From positions 1 through 32,108 of the IMG/VR virus record IMGVR_UViG_3300026302_000089: DNA of 32,108 nt; one strand, written 5' to 3'. Position numbers and translations under genes: made by a program. This document shows positions 27,288 through 32,108 of this stretch, piece by piece. Origin of the DNA: a virus. Lineage: Duplodnaviria; Caudoviricetes. Positions within the stretch are counted from its first letter, which is position 1; every line of letters begins with the position of its first letter. Below the pieces are notes generated by a model. The model was not told the origin of the DNA. It ran no database searches and saw nothing but the letters and a program-made list of their open reading frames with translations.

Positions 27288-27635
27288 ATGGCCAAGGCCA
27301 AGACTGACGACGAACTGGCTGCCGAGCGCCAGGTCCTTGCCGACCAGGCGGCGGCGCTGGATCGCCAGATCGCCGCGCGGCAGTTGGAGCGCATCCAGGC
27401 CTTCAGCGATGCCTTCGCCGCATTGGTGAAGCCTGCCGACGTCGAGAGCCTGAAGTCGATCCATGGCGGGCTGACAGGTCAGGCTTCCACGAACATCGGC
27501 AACATCGTCTCCGTCCTTTCGGCGGCCCCCGCCTTGCTCGGGATCGAGATCGACCGGCTGACGGCGTTGTCCGCCGATCCGGCGTCAACGCCCATGCCGA
27601 CGCCAGACCCAGCGCCGGTATCGGCCGAAGCCTGA
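27288..27635 (+). CDS. hypothetical protein
   Basis: AAGGAG RBS; 115-aa helical protein. Confidence 0.7.
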   Translation: MAKAKTDDELAAERQVLADQAAALDRQIAARQLERIQAFSDAFAALVKPADVESLKSIHGGLTGQASTNIGNIVSVLSAAPALLGIEIDRLTALSADPASTPMPTPDPAPVSAEA

Positions 27636-27668
27636 ACCTCACCCGAAGCCCCGGCGCGGAGTATCGCC

Positions 27669-28115
27669 TTGACCGAAGAAATCACCGCCCCGTTCAAGAC
27701 CTGGGAAGTGGTCGGCAGTCTGTTCGCGGCCTTGGGTCTGGGCGGCGTCTTGACCGCCCTGATCTCGCGGCCCTCGCCGCGCAGCATCGCGGCGACAGCC
27801 GCCAAGGACCAGGCCACCGGCGAGGCCGCCGTGATCACAGCGACCGCGACGGCCTTCACCGAGATCACCAGCGGCATGCGCGAGGAGATCGAGCGCCTTC
27901 AGCAGGTGGCGGTGCGGTTCGAGGCCGATCTGGCGACGGCGCACGACCGCATCGTCTCGGCCGAAAAGCAGGCCGCCCAGCTGACGCGCGATCTGGCGCG
28001 GGTGAGGGCGGAGCGCGACGCGGCCCTGGCGAAGGTCGAGTTGAAGGACGGCGAGATCAGGCAGCTTCAACAGGTCATCTCCTCGATGACGCGCGAAGAG
28101 GGAGCGCACGGATGA
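27669..28115 (+). CDS. membrane-anchored coiled-coil protein (lysis region)
   Basis: TTG start with GGAG RBS; one N-terminal hydrophobic helix and a long coiled coil. Confidence 0.65.
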   Translation: MTEEITAPFKTWEVVGSLFAALGLGGVLTALISRPSPRSIAATAAKDQATGEAAVITATATAFTEITSGMREEIERLQQVAVRFEADLATAHDRIVSAEKQAAQLTRDLARVRAERDAALAKVELKDGEIRQLQQVISSMTREEGAHG

Positions 28116-28489
28116 ACGATCCTCAGGCCGCAGAGGCCATGAAGGCCGTGGCGGAAGCGACGCGCGGGTCCGATACGCCCGAGGCCGCCGCCGTCGTCGC
28201 TCGTCCGACCGAATGGGCCGTCCGCATGCTGGCGCTGGCGGGGCCGGCGCTGTCGCTCATGGTGGCCTGGGTCATCATGCTGATCGGCGGATCGCCGGCC
28301 TGGCGCTGGCTGGGCCTGCCGCAATGGCCCGAGGCGGTGGCGGAGCGGCGGGTGGAAGCCCTGGCGGGCATCGGCCTGGCCTTGATCGCCATCCTGGGCG
28401 TCGTCGTGTTCAGGCTGGCGTCAGGCGGGCTAAAGCGCGTCGAGGCCAAGGCGGGTCCAGCCGGACTGACCGTAGAGACCGGCGACTGA
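28112..28489 (+). CDS. putative holin (two transmembrane helices)
   Basis: 125 aa, two hydrophobic segments, charged C-terminus; upstream of the endolysin. Confidence 0.55.
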   Translation: MNDPQAAEAMKAVAEATRGSDTPEAAAVVARPTEWAVRMLALAGPALSLMVAWVIMLIGGSPAWRWLGLPQWPEAVAERRVEALAGIGLALIAILGVVVFRLASGGLKRVEAKAGPAGLTVETGD

Positions 28490-28578
28490 CGCCGCGATTC
28501 CACACCCGGCTCAACGCCGGGGGGGGGCGCGGGCTGTTTCCGCCTCGTCGACAACGCCGGGACGACCTGTCCCCGAGG

Positions 28579-28824
28579 TCAGTGCCCGAACAGTTCAGTG
28601 ACATAGAGGTGGACCCGCTTGAGCGCCTCAAGGTCTCGGTCGTCGCTGCGCGTGCCTTCCGTGCGTTCCAAGATGATGGCTTCCAGCATGACCACGACGT
28701 CGCGAGGTCCGCGCGGCCGGTGGTCCAGGATGCGGCGCATCAGGGGCTCGCGAAAGTCGGCGGTCCGATCTCTCGACGTGCGCAGCGCATGGGCCGCGAT
28801 CTCGAAGCTCAGTTTTTCTCCCAT
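28579..28824 (-). CDS. small hypothetical protein (moron region)
   Basis: 81-aa ORF with protein-like composition; AT-richer upstream region about 28855-28875. Confidence 0.5.
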   Translation of the reverse strand: MGEKLSFEIAAHALRTSRDRTADFREPLMRRILDHRPRGPRDVVVMLEAIILERTEGTRSDDRDLEALKRVHLYVTELFGH

Positions 28825-29131
28825 CGGAGAAAGAACGCACAGATTGCGCTCGTTGGCAATCCAAGGTTATATCAACGCATGGGCCGCTGCAGCGAGGTCC
28901 AAGTCTGCCGGTCCTTGTCAGGGTCGGGCGGAACTCAGGCCCCGGGCTCGCCGGGGAAGAGGCCCGACCCGGAGGCCTGGACCGTATCGACGGCGGGAGG
29001 GCCGGACCCGCGCCGGCGGGGCTGAAACGGGGCGGGTAGCGCGCGCGTGCGTCCGCCTGACGGGAACCAAAGTCCGCCGGATCGGCAGTGCCGGCCCTTC
29101 TGCGCCGATGCGCACGGCGTGCGCGCGATTC

Positions 29132-29524
29132 TCAGCCGATCTGATCCGGCCGCACCTTCAGAGCGGCCGCCAGCCGCTCCAGCGTCTCGGGCGGCGCGGG
29201 GCGGCCGCGTTCGATCTCGGACAGATAGCCCTGACCGATCCCCGCCGCCTCGGCGAGCGTCTGCTGGCTCCAGCCGCGATGCTTGCGCCACGCGGCGGTG
29301 CGCGACAGGCCCTTGAGGATCATGGCCGACACCTCGACGGGCAGGGGCGCGTCGGCGCCGGAGGCGAGATCGGCCATCGCGGCGTCGAAGGCCGCGACGT
29401 CGGCGGCGTCTTCCTCGTCCTCGCCCAGGCCGGCGACCAGGGCGTCGTATTCGGCGCGGGGCAGGATCACCAGCTCCTCGCCGGCCGGGGTGGTGAAGTG
29501 TTGGGCGCGGGGGGCGCTGTTCAT
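29132..29524 (-). CDS. XRE-family HTH antitoxin (HigA-like)
   Basis: WRKHRGWSQQTLAEAAGIGQGYLSEIERG HTH; N-terminal ELVILPRAEYDAL; overlaps the toxin stop (ATGA). Confidence 0.88.
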   Translation of the reverse strand: MNSAPRAQHFTTPAGEELVILPRAEYDALVAGLGEDEEDAADVAAFDAAMADLASGADAPLPVEVSAMILKGLSRTAAWRKHRGWSQQTLAEAAGIGQGYLSEIERGRPAPPETLERLAAALKVRPDQIG

Positions 29525-29766
29525 CTGTAGGTTCCTGTCTGGCGGGGGCCGATGTGGATGGCGAGGATGGTGGTCATGTCCTCGGTGAAGATGACCCGGT
29601 AGCGGCCGACCCTGAGGCGATAGCCGGGGCGATCCTTCAGGGCCTTAACGTCGCCCCGGCCATGGATCGCATAGGCGTCCAGCCCGGCCGACACCGCCGA
29701 CCGAACCGGCGACGGCAGGGCGTCGAACTGTTTGGCGGCGGCGTTGGTCAGAACGATCGTTTTCAT
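29521..29766 (-). CDS. RelE/ParE-family toxin
   Basis: GDVKALK...YRLRVGRYRVIF...IGPR signature. Confidence 0.9.
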   Translation of the reverse strand: MKTIVLTNAAAKQFDALPSPVRSAVSAGLDAYAIHGRGDVKALKDRPGYRLRVGRYRVIFTEDMTTILAIHIGPRQTGTYR

Positions 29767-29814
29767 GGCGATAATATCGCCGGAATATCGCTAACCGTCA
29801 AGCGATAATATCAC
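29767..29814 (-). promoter_or_regulatory. toxin-antitoxin promoter with palindromic operators
   Basis: GGCGATA-A-TATCGCC at 29767-29781 and near-copy GCGATAATATCAC at 29802-29814. Minus-strand TTGACG (29796-29801) and an AT-rich -10 region (29771-29778) abut the ATG. Confidence 0.7.
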
Positions 29815-29836
29815 TTTCTGCACAATGGAGACTGAC

Positions 29837-30301
29837 ATGGCCTTCCGCCTTTCACAGCGGTCGTTGACCGCGCTCGTCGGCGTGCACCCCGACCTCGTGC
29901 GCGTGGTCAAACGCGCCATCGAGAAGACCGAACAGGACTTCCTCGTCGTCCAGGGTCGCCGGACCAAAGAGGAGGCCTGGGAGAACTGGGGCAAGGGCCG
30001 CACCCTGGCGGAATGCCGGGCGGCGGGCGTGCCGGACAAATACGTCCGGCCGGACCTGGCGCGCGTGACCTTCCTGAAGAACCCGCTGTCCAGCAATCAC
30101 CTGGTCAAGACGGACGGCTATGGCTACGCGGTCGACCTATCGCCCTGGCCCGTCGATTACGAGGGGCCGGCGAAGTTCCCGAAGCATGAGGCTATCGCCA
30201 AGGCCATGAAGGCGGCGGCGGCCGAGCTGGGGATCAAGATCGTCTGGGGCGGCGACTGGAAGACGACGAAGGACCGGCCGCATTTCGAGTTGGCGAAATG
30301 A
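29837..30301 (+). CDS. endolysin, M15 family L-Ala-D-Glu peptidase-like
   Basis: LVGVHPDLVRVV, SNHL...AVDL and WGGDW...DRPHFEL motifs; GGAG RBS at 29827. Confidence 0.92.
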   Translation: MAFRLSQRSLTALVGVHPDLVRVVKRAIEKTEQDFLVVQGRRTKEEAWENWGKGRTLAECRAAGVPDKYVRPDLARVTFLKNPLSSNHLVKTDGYGYAVDLSPWPVDYEGPAKFPKHEAIAKAMKAAAAELGIKIVWGGDWKTTKDRPHFELAK

Positions 30302-30735
30302 GGATCGCCGATCTGTTCCCCTCCCGCTTCGCCGTCGCGGCCGCCCTCGGTTGCGCCATCTTCATTCCGGCGGCGATCTTCTCCGCCTATGGCTGGGGCG
30401 TCGCCCATCACGACCGCGTGCAGGCCGAGGCGCGCGCCGCCGAACTGGACGCCGCCATCAACGCCCCTGTCGTCGGGTTCAAGGATCGGCTGACCCTGTG
30501 CGCCGCGAACCTCGCCGGGGCCCAGGCGGTGGTGGGTCGCCAGAACAAGGCGGTCGAAGATCTGGCGACCGCCGCCCAGGACCAGGCGCGCAGGGCGCAG
30601 GCGAGCGTCGCCGCCGCGCAGGGCCGCGCGGCCGACGCCGAACGACGAGTCCAGGCCCTGCTTTCCCGACAACCCCTTGCCGGCGAAGCCCGCTGCGACG
30701 CGGCGGACCGGCTGATCCTGGAGGAAATTCAATGA
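30298..30735 (+). CDS. inner-membrane spanin (Rz-like)
   Basis: N-terminal TM helix, Ala-rich coiled coil, periplasmic Cys residues; follows the endolysin. Confidence 0.75.
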   Translation: MRIADLFPSRFAVAAALGCAIFIPAAIFSAYGWGVAHHDRVQAEARAAELDAAINAPVVGFKDRLTLCAANLAGAQAVVGRQNKAVEDLATAAQDQARRAQASVAAAQGRAADAERRVQALLSRQPLAGEARCDAADRLILEEIQ

Positions 30736-31043
30736 AGCGCGTCGTCATCCTCGCCGCCCTGGCGCTGGCCAGCTGCGCCGCCGGTCCGAAATCCCCGCCC
30801 GATCCGGTGGTGCAGCTGGTCGAGGTTAAGGTTCCGATCCCCGTCGCCTGCGTGCCCGACATCGGTCCGGAACCCGTCTATGCCGACACGGCCGAGGCCA
30901 TCGCCCTGGCGCCGGACATCTACGCCCGGACGGTGCTGCTGCTGGCGGGCCGGGTGCAGCGCATCGCGCGCGATCAGGTGAAGTCGGCGGCGCTGGACGC
31001 CTGCCGAACGCCGCCGGCCGCCGCGCCTCTCAGGCCGGGTTAG
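30732..31043 (+). CDS. outer-membrane lipoprotein spanin (Rz1-like)
   Basis: MKRVVILAALALASC lipobox, Pro-rich, VKVPIPVAC. Confidence 0.8.
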   Translation: MKRVVILAALALASCAAGPKSPPDPVVQLVEVKVPIPVACVPDIGPEPVYADTAEAIALAPDIYARTVLLLAGRVQRIARDQVKSAALDACRTPPAAAPLRPG

Positions 31044-31080
31044 GGCTTGAAACGGACGAAAGCCGTCCTATCTGTAGGCC

Positions 31081-31167
31081 TAATCGGAAGGTCGCGGGTT
31101 CGAATCCCGTCGCGGGCGCCATATCCACCAGGCCCGCGTAGCTCAGCGGTTAGAGCGTCCGACTGTA
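31081..31167 (+). tRNA. circularly permuted tRNA-like gene (3' half plus CCA, 10-nt linker, 5' half); anticodon unresolved, GTT/Asn is the best fit
   Basis: 3' half: TAA TCGGA AGGTC GCGGG TTCGAAT CCCGT CGCGGGC G CCA (31081-31121). 5' half: GCCCGCG TA GCTC AGCGGTTA GAGC G TCCGA CT (31132-31164). Acceptor stem pairs 7/7 and anticodon stem 5/5 across the halves. Confidence 0.85.
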
Positions 31168-31198
31168 TCCTGCGTCGAGCCCCAAGGCTCCGCCAGCG

Positions 31199-31235
31199 AG
31201 GCCGCTCCGCGAGACCGGGGCGGCCTTTGTCGTTT
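31199..31235. terminator. intrinsic terminator ending the late operon (between convergent genes)
   Basis: AGGCCGCTCCG-cgagac-CGGGGCGGCCT followed by TTGTCGTTT. Confidence 0.75.
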
Positions 31236-31510
31236 CAGGAACGAGGTTGCAGGGCGCGATAGGGCTCGCCTCGGTCGCCCGACTCGGCGCGGTTCAGCAC
31301 CGCCGTCGTCTCCTGCGATCCGACCGCGACCTTGATGTCTCGGATGCGGATTCCGTCAGCAATGGTCTGCGGCCGGCCGGATTGCATTCCGCTCAGCCGT
31401 TCAATCCAGTCGTCCGTCTGGATGGTGATCAGGCCGGGCTTGCGCCGGTCGTCCTCGCCGGCGTCGGCTTGCATGGCGTCAAGGCGGGCGTGGAGTTCGT
31501 CGGGCGTCAT
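31235..31510 (-). CDS. hypothetical protein
   Basis: 91-aa ORF with GC-rich codon usage, downstream of the SRAP gene. Confidence 0.65.
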   Translation of the reverse strand: MTPDELHARLDAMQADAGEDDRRKPGLITIQTDDWIERLSGMQSGRPQTIADGIRIRDIKVAVGSQETTAVLNRAESGDRGEPYRALQPRS

Positions 31511-31535
31511 GCGGCGCGGTGTAGCCGAGTCGCGC

Positions 31536-32108
31536 CTACGGAAACACCTTCTCGACCGCCAGCGTCCCGGCCGAAGCCGGCCGCAGCAGGTCGGCCTCGG
31601 GCCGCGTCAGGTCCAGCCATTCCAGCGCCTGGTCGCGCCGCAACAGGACGATCTGCCGGTCATGATAGGGCGCGATGTCCGGCCCCGGCCCTGTGGTCAG
31701 CATGGCCCAGGCGTCGGCCCTGACCAGGCCGGCGATCCAGAACCAGGGTTCGGCCGCCATCGTGAACAGCCACTTCGTCTTGCGCTTCTGGCCCGGCTCC
31801 GCGTCGGTGAACTCGTAGAAGCCGTCGGCCGGAATCAGACAACGCTTCGAGGCGGTGAATGAGCGGTCGTCGGAGCGGAAGTTGAACACCGGGCGGCCCT
31901 GCGGCGACCCCCAGGCCCATGTCATCTGGCGCAGCTGGGGGCCGCCGTCGGACTGGACGATAATGGGCGCGGTCTCTCCGATGCGGATGTCGTCGCGCGG
32001 CTGCAGATTCGGGATCGCGGCGCCTTCGAACCGAAGCGGCCGGCCGAGGTCGGCGAAGACCTCCGCGATGGGGTTCGCGGGGACGTGGAGGCGGTAGTTG
32101 TTGCACAT
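31536..32108 (-). CDS. SOS response-associated peptidase (SRAP/HMCES/YedK family)
   Basis: N-terminal MCNNY (catalytic Cys2), FNFRSD, RCLIPADGFYEF and YHDRQIV motifs. Confidence 0.92.
   Translation of the reverse strand: MCNNYRLHVPANPIAEVFADLGRPLRFEGAAIPNLQPRDDIRIGETAPIIVQSDGGPQLRQMTWAWGSPQGRPVFNFRSDDRSFTASKRCLIPADGFYEFTDAEPGQKRKTKWLFTMAAEPWFWIAGLVRADAWAMLTTGPGPDIAPYHDRQIVLLRRDQALEWLDLTRPEADLLRPASAGTLAVEKVFP

Larger units (their letters stand above)
1..31235 (+). mobile_element. lambda-like siphovirus prophage (replication, packaging, head, tail and lysis modules); no integrase, repressor or att site recognised in the window
   Basis: Complete syntenic late gene set with translational coupling and no obvious disabling frameshifts. 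Confidence 0.93.

Noticed and set aside
22867..27635. Diversity-generating retroelement or invertible tail-fibre cassette
   Set aside because: No reverse transcriptase, invertase or duplicated variable/template region was seen in the window.
28506..28530. Hairpin with a 9-G run after the holin-like gene as a phase-variation tract
   Set aside because: It is intergenic, not within a recognisable promoter or ORF, and there is no evidence of length variation.
28787..28887. 11-bp direct repeat GCATGGGCCGC
   Set aside because: Short GC-rich repeat with no associated element boundaries; plausible by chance.
31081..31121. Simple attL/attR duplication of a tRNA 3' end
   Set aside because: An att scar would leave only the 3' portion. 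Here the matching 5' half follows 10 nt downstream and no integrase is adjacent. Not fully excluded without comparative data.
31081..31167. Two-piece tmRNA (ssrA) as the identity of the permuted tRNA-like element
   Set aside because: It has a full D arm and anticodon stem, C3-G70 rather than the G3-U70 alanine determinant, G73, and no tag reading frame.
1..32108. CtrA boxes (TTAA-N7-TTAA) in phage regulatory regions
   Set aside because: No full site was noticed by eye. A PWM scan would be needed to exclude degenerate sites.

Overview
GC-rich window holding most of a lambda-like (cos-packaging, siphovirus-type) prophage, almost all on the + strand. The host is probably alphaproteobacterial, inferred from a CtrA-like domain. 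Gene order: ParB-like/CtrA-like wHTH fusion, DNA methyltransferase, small ORFs, primase, NTPase/helicase, iteron-like putative origin, NusG/RfaH-type antiterminator, then a putative late promoter, ops-like site, terminator and cos. Next come terminase small/large, gpW, portal, S49 protease/scaffold, decoration protein, major capsid, head-tail and tail genes (with a probable -1 frameshift chaperone), tape measure, tail tip genes and a 1444-aa tail tip/fibre. The lysis cassette (holin-like genes, M15 endolysin, spanins) is interrupted by a minus-strand RelE/XRE toxin-antitoxin module, and the window ends with a SRAP gene. The most striking signal is a circularly permuted tRNA-like gene directly after the spanins (31081-31167). 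Its 3' half with CCA precedes the 5' half, all four stems pair, the break lies in the anticodon loop, and the unit can be enclosed by a long helix that competes with a terminator. Also notable are an RfaH/ops-like late antitermination circuit in place of lambda Q/qut, a CtrA-like DNA-binding domain fused to a ParB-like domain, and a pseudoknotted intergenic element upstream of the portal region. All family calls come from reading motifs and synteny; no database search was run.
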